Source: the human T2T-CHM13v2.0 reference genome, Homo sapiens. Taken from it: DNA of 64,000 nt. Position 1 is the stretch's first letter. The number at the start of each line of letters is the position of its first letter. The notes beneath the pieces were generated by a model. It ran no database searches, had not been told where the DNA came from, and saw only the letters and a program-made list of their open reading frames with translations. The stretch is taken from assembly GCF_009914755.1 (NCBI RefSeq), contig NC_060931.1, one strand, 5' to 3'. Positions 48,420 through 62,322 of the stretch are shown here, in pieces. Made by a program: the position numbers and the translations under genes.

Positions 48420-48524
48420 TTTAGAAAGATGGGCTTAGCAATATCACAGAGGACCTCAAAGGCCTTCATGCTATTTCTGCTTTATCTTCAGATCATGGGA
48501 AGTCCTTCATAATGTTTCTGTGAA

Positions 48525-48900
48525 TAGCAGAATGTCACAGATTGAGTCCCTTGGAACATAGATGCTGAGATTTGCATTAAGGAAGTTCATTGAGGGGAGG
48601 TGATGGTCTTTTGTGAACAATACCTGTGAGTTGTGAAGGGAACAGGATTTGGTGGAAGAAGAAATCGCAGCAGAGGCCTCAGGTTGACTCTTAAGAACTG
48701 TCCACATTGAGGCATGAGGACAGGTCTTTGTACCCCTGCATCAACCCATCATTGGGTGCAAGCTCTCTCCAAGAAGAAGGAATGGCCTTAGGTGGGTCAT
48801 CTCCCTCTGGTCCAGAATAACTCCTGGAGCTGTGATACGTCCAGCTGGAGGAATGAGCACCTCGTTCCCAAAGAGGAATCTGGGTGGCACCCACTGCAGC
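48525..48900. mobile_element. LTR33-like ERVL LTR
   Basis: cagattgagtccct...ctgagatttgca...caatacctgtg...ctttgtacccctgcatcaacc. Confidence 0.6.
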
Positions 48901-49968
48901 GGTGAAGTTATCAGAGCCAAGAGGCTACTCTAGATGGGTGCTACTCTAGATGACTGTAGATTGTTACAAGTCCTCGATAAGATTAAGAGCTTGCATCAAA
49001 ATTTAAAGCAACACAATGCTTCCTTCATTGAGTCTTGCTATGAACAAAAAGAAGGCGAAACTGAATGTGTGCTTAATGGCATTGACTTAAGCTCCACCAC
49101 TAATGGCTTGTGAACTGGGACGGTTTGCAGACTGGCACCAGTCAGCAAGCCACACTTTGAGTGGCTCTGCTATAGACTATGTTCCTGTCCTGTAGTAAAA
49201 TCACTCTAGGTCATTTTCTTATCAGCTACATCTGTGAAGTTAACCTTTCTCTGACTTCTAGAGTCTGAGAGATAAAACTTTGCTTACTGTCTGCTTTCCT
49301 AACATACCTTTTCTTTTTTTTTTTTCCCCATAGTTGGGAGGTTGATTCATCTTAGTAGATCTTGTCAGATTGTGTCTGACTACATATATTTGCTTTTCCC
49401 AAATGTCCAATCTTTGTCAGTTGAGAAATATTTGAAGTGCTGACAAGGCTCTTCTGGACAACTCACCTATCATTGCAGAGTCTGTAGGATTAATTCTTCT
49501 TAATTATGTTAGTGCTGGGCCATCAATCAAGTTTATTGATGCTGTCTGGTCATGTCTAGAAGATTTATAGGTATCTATATTCATCCCACACAGAAGGAAC
49601 CACAAATAACTTAGCTATCTTTGCAGTGTCTTTTTGCATGAGACAAATGTTATACAATTATTACAGAAAGCTGTTTAATAAGTAAGAACTTGCTTTTCTA
49701 AGTTTCCTCTGTGGGGTCTTGGAAGGAGAGTTTGGGAATTTGTAACAGTCTTCACAAGCAGTTTCGTTTCCCCCCTTTTAACGGAGTTAAAAACCCACTT
49801 TTCTGTCCAAGTGTTTTATTTCCAGTCCAGGAAATATTCTCGAGAATTATATGCAAGTTCACTAGGCAGAATGTAATCATTTTTTTGTACATGGCCTTGG
49901 CTTTCACATTGTTGAGCATGAAATGATTGGATTTCAGATAATCAGAAGGAAACAGAGTGAATCTAGAA

Positions 49969-50082
49969 TCACAGACTCATGGGAAGTTGGAGCTAATGTA
50001 AATCTGTCTTTCTGTGTCCTGGTTGTCACAGACTCCTGGGAAGTTGGAGCTAATGTGAACCCGTCTTTCTGTGTCCTGGTTG
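49969..50082. repeat. 57-bp tandem duplication
   Basis: 49969-50025 versus 50026-50082, 4 mismatches. Confidence 0.95.
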
Positions 50083-50329
50083 CACATCACTGTTCTTAAA
50101 GACTGTGACTCTATCAGTCTGGAGTGAAGCTTCAGTATCTGCATATCTTTACAGGTAAGTCTTATGTTTATCTAGGTTTGAAGCCCATGGATGGGTTACT
50201 CCTTTCTTAACCCAGAGAGGGAAGGAACCTGGATGTGAAGAGCCAAGTGTCTGCACTGAGCGTCATCAGTGGGAGCTTAACCCAAGTCTTGGGAAGGGAA
50301 CATGAAACCAGAGGCGATGGGGTTGTTGT

Positions 50330-50560
50330 AAGTGGTAAGCGCTTGAATGGAAGCTGTGCCAAGCCTTGTGCTAAGTTCATAAGTGCATCATCTTCGAAAA
50401 TCTTCACTATAATTTAATAAGTAGGTATTATTATCCTTATACATGAGAAAACTGAGATCTAGAGAGTTTAATATTTTGACCAAGATGATATAACTGGTGA
50501 GCAGGAGTTAGGGGTTTAACCCAGGCCTTCTGATTGGAAACTTCTGTTCTTAACCTCTCT
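50330..50560. mobile_element. MIR
   Basis: gtaggtattattatcc...gaaaactgagatctagagag. Confidence 0.75.
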
Positions 50561-52606
50561 GCTGGAGAAAGAAAGACCAATGAGGAGACTTGCAGGGGGG
50601 CCTCCTGTAATTTCCTTTGGAAGTCAGGTTATACAATATATGTGCGTGAGAATTCATAAACGTCTAAGCATGTGGTGGTTTGGCAAATTGAATAGAATTC
50701 TCATTATGCAAGAAAATAAAGCAGTAGATAATAAAGCAGGGAGAAATAAGAATGGTTAGAGAAAGAAAAGTGGGAGAAAGTGATGAATGATTGATGGTGG
50801 AAGAAAAGAATGATCAGTGAGGACATACTTTTAGGAAAAGACAAAAAGTCCAAGCACTGAGATTGCTTAGCCAGAGAGTGGATGTGGTTTCACATTAATA
50901 GTGGGGATTGTAGGATCAATAGTAGCTGATAATCTGTGCCTGAGGAGTCTTTGGAAAGAGACAAACCAGAATATATATGTCTGGAAGAAAAACAAATGTG
51001 GTAATTTGTCTATTCCTGAATCACTTTTTCTGTAGGCGTCCAAAGGTGAGGAAGCGTGACTTGGCTAATGCCCTGACCTCCCTTCTGACATCCAGCTCTC
51101 CTACCAGTTACTGAAGGAGAGTTCTGCTCTTTAGACTAGATGGGCTCAGAGCTTTGATTTGCATACTAGATGTCCTCCTATGGTTATCTTGTTTAGGTTT
51201 TCCTGACCTCCTCATTTATAGCAGATTATTAGGAATAAATGTATTGGCACCTGGTAAGTAAAAATAATGACCAAAGTCTTTACACATCTAAATGTCTACC
51301 TGTAATTTGGAATAGAAAAGTTCTCACAAGGGAAGAAGTATTATACAAAATATATTGAACTTCAACCAGTCTTGAAGATTCAAGATCTTCCTTAGGACAT
51401 TAAGACTTGTTGAACACCTGGTGCTCTCCGAAGCTATGGAGACATGTAGATTAGTTATTCTTGTTCTCAGTGACCCCAGATCACTGACCTTTTTCAAATC
51501 TGTCTACTTCTGTCTCTTTTCTAACAGTTACACATTTTAAAAGCAGGTCTCTCCACCATTGGTAAATGTTTCTCCTGCATTCTCCCTCTATAATTTGCTT
51601 TTAGATGACAAATATTATAATATTAATTCTATTTTATGTACTATTTCAGGGTAATAGTCTGTCAGGGCCTGCAGGGTATTCTTTCTCTGCAAAGTGCAAT
51701 TTCTGACAGTCATTACACAATTATCTCTTAAATAAAATGAAACATACTGCTAGACATTTAAATAGCTGTTCATTTGAACACATTGCTTCCAAAGGAGAAA
51801 TCAAGATAATTATCCCAATTATGAGCACACAAATAATTATTTAATTACTTGTCTGCCTTGCCTGCTAGATGATCACTTCATAAGAGAAGACTCTGGTGTT
51901 TTTCTCAATGCTTAATTTCTATTCCTACTTTAACACATTTATGCATAGTGCTCTTCATATAACAGTGAAAAGAATGTTTGCACTCTAATAGATTTTACAT
52001 TTTCTAGTTGAGGTAGAGATAATGAACAGATAAATAGTTATAAAATGTCAGGGGTAATGACTATTGAAAAGGATGCAAGGCACACAGGAGGGAGTGGAGG
52101 GTGCTGGGTTAGTCTGTGGCTGGGCCTACAGTGCTTACACACTCATTTGCGGCCCTGTCTGTTATAAATGGCTACAGCGTTCAGGCATCTGCCTGCTGAC
52201 TGCCTACATGGGGTTGTGTCAATACATGTTGGAGATAAATCAAACAACTGTGCCTCACGCCCAAGAGTAACTCTATGATTACTTAGTATAAGAAACTTAT
52301 CGACATTTCTCCTTATGTGGAATTAGAGAAAGTGAAGTTCTGATGTTTGGAAGAATGATGAAAAAGCTACGATGCCAGAAACCAGGTGGGAGGTAGAAAA
52401 AGGAGGAGTTGTTCCCTGAAGAATTAGCCTTGGAAGGCAAATTCCAAGATTTCCTGGGCAGCCATGACACAGTGAGGAGCTTTCTCAGGAACAAAGAAAG
52501 AAATTTTTACTCTGTTAAAAACAAACAAACAAACCACAACTGAGGTAAGGGAATGAATGACCATTAAAAAAGGGGATGAAACGGAATGCCCTGTGAGGCC
52601 CATTGA

Positions 52607-52983
<377 letters not shown>

Positions 52984-53042
52984 AGTGTGTTGTTTTTAAT
53001 TCATTAATTCAATGAGTTGTTTTTAATTCATTTTTTCAAACT

Positions 53043-54512
53043 ATTTTATACATTGCAGAGGTATTTGGTGACTGGTGGTGATAAGGGATGCTGGACCTGA
53101 GTTGGGTGCCAGTCCTGTGGACTGATGGTCTGTGGGAGTGGGGACCTCAGTGGCCGTGCCCTGGTTTCCCTCCTGCCTTGCTGGGCAGGTGTGGGTGAAT
53201 GTGCGTGGACCGCTGTCCACCTGCACCCAATGTGTCCACTTCCCATCCACCCAAGGCCTTAGGCCCGACTCCATTCATCTGTTTCTGTAGTGGCTGCCAT
53301 GGCCTGCATACTCCCCGGGAATGCAGGGCTGACCAAAACAGCCAGGGCCCCTTTCCTCGGGGAGCTCACGCCGTGGAGACGTTTACAATGAACACTGTGG
53401 CAAGTTAAAAAATAAACTGTGACTATGTTTTAAGGAAGAGAAAGATGCCCTGGGGGAAAAATTGGGAGACTGGGGTCTGACGGCCCCTGCCAGGAGACAG
53501 TGCTTAACTGAGACTTGCAGGATGATGGGTGCAGACTAAAGAGGATTTATTTGGGCTTTTGATTTTATCAGCTTCTATTGCTACAACTTCAATGAGTTAG
53601 TTTTAATTCATTTTTTCTTTCCTTGTGTTTTCCTACTACTGAGGTGCTTTCTAGCTGTCTCTCTGGTTTTGTTTCATTTTTGAATGTTTTCATTCAAAAT
53701 GCCTATTTTGTAACTTTTTTTTCTGCTTGTAGTATTATTTTTGCCGTCGGATTCTTCACATTTGCTCAATGCCTTAAAATTTTAAGTTCAGACATATTAG
53801 GTCATATTTCCTTTTTTATGTGTGTGTGTGTGCACGTGTGCAAGCACGCAGGCCTATGTGCATAAGTACGCATGTGTTCATTGGGAATGGCTGATCCAGA
53901 GCCCTTTGGCCTGATCTCCACTATCCATGGAAGCATCTTTCTTCAAATCTAGGGCTACATGAAACGTTTTGAAAACTATTGATCTGTGGTTAAAAATTAG
54001 CAGTTAAGCATGAGCTTCTCCAGGAGCTTCTGTTATTATACCCTTGAATTTATTAATTTGGCTTCATACAGGTGAGTTTCTTTGGTTGAGTCCATTATAC
54101 AAAATGTCTTCTTTCTGTAATAGGTCAGGGCAGTGATGTTTGTTACTGGAGGAAGCTGAGAGGCTTAGAAAAGATGCTGAGACTTGGTGTCCATCAGATA
54201 ATGTATGATGGTGAGAACTGGTGAGGACTGATGATTCCAGAGAAAGCATATGGACAGGGTAAAGGAGGTGACCTACGGTATCCAGGAAGTCTTTTCTACA
54301 GTGGGTTTAGGGTGCAGTGGAAGGGGAGAGGATTTTATAGGTTGTGGAAGTATTTGGTGACCGGTGGTGATAAGGGATGCTGGACCTGAGTTGGGTGCCA
54401 GTCCTGTGGACTGATCTGTGGGAGTGGTGACCTCAGCGGTCATGCCCTCATTTCCCTCCTGCCTCTCTGGGTGGGAGTGCCTGGATATACGTGAACTGCT
54501 GCCCAGCTGCAC
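53043..54512. repeat. Local direct duplication of about 180 bp (53043-53226 and 54332-54512)
   Basis: 66-bp core identical at 65/66 positions; flanks clearly homologous but more diverged. Confidence 0.92.
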
Positions 54513-55357
54513 AGGGCTGCCAGGCTCATGCGGCCTCCCCAGCACTGCACCACTGGAGCAAGTGGGCGTTGATGCGTTTCCTCATTCATCCTTAATTATT
54601 CTGATTCTCTGGTGTTAAAATGGATCCAGGAAGGCTCTTGGAGCCAGTCCAACATCACAGTCTTTTGTCTCTGAACCAGTGGTTATTGTTTCTACCTCTC
54701 AAGGTGTATACCCCCTATTTTGGAAAATTATCTGCCATGTTGAAGTCTGAAAATATAGGTATGGGTGACTGGGTCATCTCATTCTCTGTCCCAGTTTTCC
54801 CTGAGTGTGGCAGCCTCCTTTGCTTGGGATAGTGGGAGCAGAGACTCTTAATTTCACCAAGGATGGACTTTGCATTTCTCATGTATATTCTCCTTGGATT
54901 ATATGGGTTTTAGGACAGAAAGGGTGGCAGAAAACATTGTTATACTATATTAAATGGAAACCTAGAAGATTTAAAGTTTTTGAAGGTTTAATAGCTTTGA
55001 TACAATTTCAACTGAAAAGAGTGAATTCTGTAGTCACGTCAAAAATTAGTAAACTACATTTATAAGAAGGCATCTGAGCTTATGATTGGCATTTAATTAG
55101 AATTAAATGACATGTTATCAAGTGTAATATTCTTCCTTTTGATCAAAGTCTAGTGCCTGTTTTGATGAAGCCTAGGCTGGCAGGGGAAGCCAGGAGAGGG
55201 GGCAGCTGGGACCAAGAACCATGTTGGGTCAAGTCAGACTGAAAGGATGCACGATGGTACTACATCTGCCTCCTAAACAAAGTGAAAACTTAATGGAGAA
55301 TTGAAAACCAAAACCAGACCGAGGCCTGACTACTCAGCAGCTCATCCTCACATAGAC

Positions 55358-55904
55358 TTTTTTTTTTTATACTTTAAGTTCTAGGGTACATGTGCACAAT
55401 GTGCAGGTTTGTTACATATGTATACATGTGCCATGTTGGTGTGCTGCACCCATTAACTTGTCATTTACATTAGGTATGTCTCCTAATGCTATCCCTTCCC
55501 CCTCCCCCCATGCCCTGGTGTGTGATGTTCCCCTTCCTGTGTCCAAGTGTTCTCATTTTTCAGTTCTCACCTATGAGTGACAACATTCAGTGTTTGTTTT
55601 TTTGTCCTTGCGATAGTTTGCTGAGAATGATGGTTTCCAGCTTCATCCATGTCCCTACAAAGGACATGAACTCATCCTTTTTTATGGCTGCATAGTATTC
55701 CATGGTGTATATGTGCCACATTTTCTTAATCCACTCTATCATTGATAGGCATTTGGGTTGGTTCCAAGTCTTGCTATTGTGAATAGTGCCGCAATAAGCA
55801 TATGTGTGCATGTGTCTTTATAGCAGCATGATTTATAATCCTTTGGGCATATACCCAGTAACGGGATGGCTGGGTCAAACGGTATTTCTAGTTCTAGATC
55901 CTTG
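55358..55904 (-). mobile_element. L1PA (about PA4-5) 3' fragment
   Basis: ORF2 C-terminus in ORF 55587..55811; TSD cat(c/t)ctcacatagacttt at 55343 and 55905. Confidence 0.96.
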
Positions 55905-56623
55905 CATTCTCACATAGACTTTTATGGCTTGGTCACTTGGGACAATCATTTTACCTTCAGAACAACAGAGTTTTTCAGAATTGAACTGTTTGGTAAATAG
56001 AAGAATCATTGTATGTCTTCATTATATATGTAAAGAAAATGAAGTGAAGATTCTGGTCTCGGTAGAAGTATTTTTCACAGAATTCAGTTTATTTTTGTTT
56101 CTTAAGAACAGCTAACCTAAATTTAAAAGTTTATTCAACTGGTATACAGCTTTCTGGGAGCATATCACTTGACGTAGCATATGTGAGCAGCGCCTTGCAT
56201 GGCTGGAGGGGAAAGAGCAGACCCAGGCCCTGTGAGATTAAGGGGTGGGGTTGGGGGCAGTGGAGGGGTGTCCCAAAGGGTGAGGGGCCTCCCCGAGACA
56301 CTCAGAGCTGATTGGTGCTTACAGAATCGCTCACGTCTGAGACAGTCATTTCCCCCACACTCTTCCTCCTCTACCAATGTGCAAAAAAATATGGCTGTTG
56401 TCTTATGTCAGCAGTCCTGAACCTGGCTGACCACAAGATCCCAGAAATGTGTGCTTTTTAAAGTATTCTTGGGGGATTTTAGTGCTCAGACAAGTGTGAG
56501 AACCACTGTTGTAGGTGAGTCCTTTTTATTTACTGCCCTTCTGTGTCTCAAACCCAAAAAAGTCCACCCTGCTGAGTCTGCCACCTAAAAGCGCTTAAGG
56601 CAGAGCCATTCCCAGGACCATGA

Positions 56624-57253
<630 letters not shown>

Positions 57254-57662
57254 TGAATGGGTGCTTCAGTGGGTAGACATCCTTGTCAGCTGAAGAGGAC
57301 GGGAGGAGCTGTGTGGAAAACATGGGTTCTGAGTGAGTTCTGCTGAAAGAAAGGGGAAGATGGCCACGTGGGAGAAAAGGAATTGAGTGTTAGGAAGTTT
57401 TGTCCCTGGGAAGAAGCAAAAATAGAGCATGCTCTAGTTTTTGACATTCAGGCCATCCTGATCAGTCTGGAGAGTTTATAGAGGCTGGAGAGCATTGAGA
57501 GAGGAAATAATTTGACATTGCAAGGCAGTGTGGAGTCCTGAAGTGCAGCACAATGGTGGGCACTCTTGGTGCTCCATCTAGACGCCCTTCTGACCCCATT
57601 CTCTTCGCCAGGGCTGTGTACGCATCCCCTGTATGTGTTTGGTTTATAGCAAATAAGGCTGC

Positions 57663-57868
57663 CAGGGTTAGCAAATAAAAATATAGGAGGCCCATTTAAA
57701 TTTAAATTGCAGAGATATAATAAAGACATTTTAGTATACGTGTTTTCCATCCAATATTTGGAATATATATATATATGTGTATATATATATGTATATATGA
57801 AAACATTATTCATTGTTTATCTGAAATTTAAATTTAACTAGGCATTCTGCATTTTATCTGGCATTCTC
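57663..57868. mobile_element. MER53 palindromic hAT MITE with a TA expansion
   Basis: agggttagcaaataaaaatatagga...tttaaattgcaga ... tatctgaaatttaaatttaactaggcattctgcattttatctggca. Confidence 0.88.
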
Positions 57869-58092
57869 ACTGCAAGCAGCCCACAGCTGTGACATCCTTA
57901 TGAGGATGGTTCTTTGACTAGGGGCTGCCTGCTGCCTGGCCTTGTAGAGACCAGAGGTGTCTGAGGGTTTACATCCCCTTGGGGTCAGCCAGAGCCAGTG
58001 ACTCATTGGTAAGGCAAGTACGAAAGCTTAGCATGGCTTCAGAAAGGGACGAAATCTTTTTTTTCCATGTTAAGATAGTTAACTAACTTTAA

Positions 58093-58333
<241 letters not shown>

Positions 58334-59325
58334 TTTTTTATTTATTTATATGAATTTATGAGGTACAAGTATCATTTTGTGACATGCACAGATTTCAGGG
58401 CTTTTAGGGTATCCATCATCCACCAGAACATTGTACCCCCATTAAGTAATCTCTCATCATCCACCCTCACCACCCCTACTTTTGAGTCTCCAGTGTCTAT
58501 TATTCCACACTCTATGTCCACGTGTGCACATTATTTAGCTCCCACTTATAAGTGATAACATGTAGTATTTGTCGGTGTCTGATTTGTTTCATTTAAGGTA
58601 ATGGACTTCAGTTTAATACATGTTGTTGGAAAATACATAATTTTATTCTTTTTATGGATCAATAGTATTCCATTTTCTATATATGCCACATTTTCTTTAC
58701 CCTGTTTTCTGATCATGGGCATGTAGGTTGATATTCATAAAGATATTCACAATATCTTTGCTATTGTGAATAGTGCTACAACAAACGTATGGATGTAGGT
58801 AGCTTTTTTACATACTGATTTCTTTTCCTTTGGGCAGATACCCAGTAGTAGAAGTGCTGGATTGCGTGGCAGTTCTATTTTTAGTTCTTTGGGAAATCTC
58901 CATACCACTTTCCATAAAGGTTGTACTTATTTTCATTCTCACCAACAGTGTAGAAGAGTTCCCTTTTTTTCTACATCCTCACCTATATCTGTTATGTTTG
59001 GTCTTTTTATTAAAAGCCATTCTAACTGGTGTGGTTTTAACTTGTGTTTCTCTGATGATTAATGATGTTGACCATTTTTTTCATATGTCTGTTGGCTATC
59101 TGTATGTCTTATCTAGAAAAATGCCTATTCATATTCTTTGCCCACTTTTTAATGAGATGATTATTGTTATTTTTTAGTTTAGTTGTTTGAGTTCCTTGTA
59201 AATTCTGGATATTAATCCTCTATTTGATGCATAGTTTGCAAATATTTTCTCCCATTTTTCAGGTTTGCTGTCCACTCTGTTGATTATTTATTTGGTGGTG
59301 GAGAGCTTTTTAGTTTAATTAAGTT
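58334..59325 (-). mobile_element. L1PB/L1MA 3' fragment
   Basis: Antisense L1 3'UTR and ORF2 end (ttgctattgtgaatagtgct; gggcagatacccagtagt). Confidence 0.88.
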
Positions 59326-59359
59326 CAAGATGGGAAAAAATCTGAAATGCATTTATATA

Positions 59360-59553
59360 TCAGGGCTCCCTGTGGCCTCAGACGGAGGCTGTGACTTTCC
59401 CTGGAAATTTCCTCCATGGCCTGCCTGGTTCCCATTCCTTTCCCTCCTTGTTCCACCCCCTTAGTGGTCTGTCCTGCAGGCACTTCCCTAATAAATCATG
59501 TGTGCCAAAGTCCCCAGCTCAGGGTCTACTTCTGGGGGATCTCAACTAAGACA
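59360..59553 (+). mobile_element. LTR16-like 3' fragment
   Basis: cacttccctaataaatca...ctcagggtctacttctggggga...aactaagaca. Confidence 0.6.
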
Positions 59554-59704
59554 TAGCAGAGTGCAGCAGGAAAGAGTTTTGGGATTCAAGTCTGAAGATC
59601 TAAGATGCCCCATTATTTAATAATCATATGTCTTGGGCAAATATTTCTCAACATTTTTGAAACAAGGCTAATATATCCATTTTTAAAATCACCTCCTCTT
59701 CACA

Positions 59705-60200
59705 CTGTGCTGAGGCAGGGATTCTTCCCCTAGGGTTATGGGGATGGTGAAACACACAGCACCCAACACTGGACAGATGAGATTGACAGCACATTATCAA
59801 TCACATAGACTCACAGCCCAGGGGAAGGCAGTGCCACATGCCATGAGGGCCACACAGTGATTGTGCTTGGGAACAGGATGAACAAGCAGGGGATGTAGGA
59901 GGCAGGCTTTGTGGTAACAAGAGGGTGAGGTGTGCCTGGCTCCTGCAGGAGGCTGAGGCTGGCTTGTCTGAGTAATTGCACAGGCTGGCAGGGAACTGAC
60001 ACCTGCCACTCCTGGATAGGCAGGGCCTGTGCCAGGCCCTTGTGACAGGGAGGGTTGTTTGGCTCCGGGATCTTAGCTGTAGGAGTCGAGTGCGTGGGGA
60101 ACTTGGAGCTAGGCCATTTGGGGCCTCCCAGTTTCACCAGATGACCCGTCAGCACCTAATCTTGAATCTTCATTTCAGACCTTAAGTTACTGCCATCCCC
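59705..60200 (-). mobile_element. MER74-like ERVL LTR
   Basis: cacccaacactggacagatgagattgacagc...ggaggcaggctttgtggtaacaagagggtgagg. Confidence 0.7.
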
Positions 60201-61145
60201 TCCTCAGAAGGTTGTGATAATGACAGAGATGGGATCACAATGTAAAATCAGAAAGCACTTCATGAGCAGAGAATGTTGTAAGGAGGAGAGCTGGAAGCTT
60301 TCAGGGATAACTTACTTTCTTTCCATACCTCAAATCTGAAATTTTGATGTTGCTTTACAGCTATACATGAATGTTTTAAGTCTGCCACTGTGAGTGTGGG
60401 TGAAGCAGAAACCTTCAGGGTCATTGCTCATCTGTAATTCAGCTGTGTCCTGCTGCCTACCTGCCAAGCTGCACCAGGCTGAGCCCCTGACAGCATGAAA
60501 GAGAATTTCTTACTTAGGTTGTTCTCTTTTTTTCTTTAAAAGAAAAAAAAATCCCTAAATAAACAACAACAACAAAAAATCCCTCCCCCCAAATATTCCC
60601 AAAGAACTGGGGGGAAAGTCACGTTAGTACCAGATGTAAAAAATAGGGGCCAAATACAGTATCACCTTTTAATTAAAAAATCATTTTTATGTTCAACTGT
60701 CACAACCCTTTTCCTTATTTAAACATTTTAAATGAAAACTAGAGTGTGAGTCTACTCCCCAGATCCGATGGCACTCATAACCCTCCAGAGGGTAATAGCC
60801 ACGATCAATTACATGGTCGACTTGCTGGGCGTAATGGGAGGAATCTACCCAGGTAGTGGAGCATGGGGAATGTGAAATGTAAGCGCTGGTGAAGCATTTT
60901 ACTCGGGCTGAAATAGAAGCAATTCAGAGCTTCGGGTGGAATCTTTACTCTTGATTTATAAGGGGAGATTAAAGAAAGAAGCCATGAAGTAATGCTTTAT
61001 GGATTCGTAGATGAGGGCATAGAGCAGAATACAAAATGGAAAAAAAGTTTAGCCCATAGTCACAAGGCCTAGATTTGAGTCCTGACTTTATCAATTACTA
61101 ACTCTGCAAATTTAAGCTGGTCATTTATCCTCCTTGGGCCCCAGT

Positions 61146-61867
<722 letters not shown>

Positions 61868-62228
61868 AGAAAAAAATATTGTTTTAAGAACTGTACATGC
61901 ATTATCTCTTTTTGTTCTGTTATCCTCAGTGGTAGCTGTGGTAGTTTGGGAGATGGGAGTTCCGTTCATATGAGAATCTGGGGAGGGATGTGAGGTATAT
62001 GTTTTAGACTTCTTCTCAGCCTAAAGAGTATCCAACATTGACACATCGCCAAACTGAATTATTTTCCTAAAGAAACTTGAAGTCGCCATGGAGGAGGAGG
62101 CAGCTGGAGACCACTCAACCACACTGCCGCGCGGCAGGGCGGAGGTGATTCCTACAGCGTGCATTATAGATTAAGGAGCTGGGCGTCTTGGGGAGTTGCT
62201 AAACAAGGGTTAGCCAGGGAGAAGGTTT

Positions 62229-62322
62229 AGCTGCCTCTCATCTCTTACCCCTGTGCAGAGGTCAGGGGAATCTCCAGGCCAGGGGAATGCCTCTGTCCAG
62301 GGGTAAGAGATGTGAGGCAGCT
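62229..62322. other. Inverted repeat / hairpin (33-bp arms, 28-nt loop)
   Basis: 62229-62261 versus the reverse complement of 62290-62322: 30/33 Watson-Crick matches. Confidence 0.9.

Noticed and set aside
57663-57868. MER53 as a miR-1302-family precursor
   Set aside because: The segment corresponding to the mature miRNA is replaced by a TA/TG expansion.
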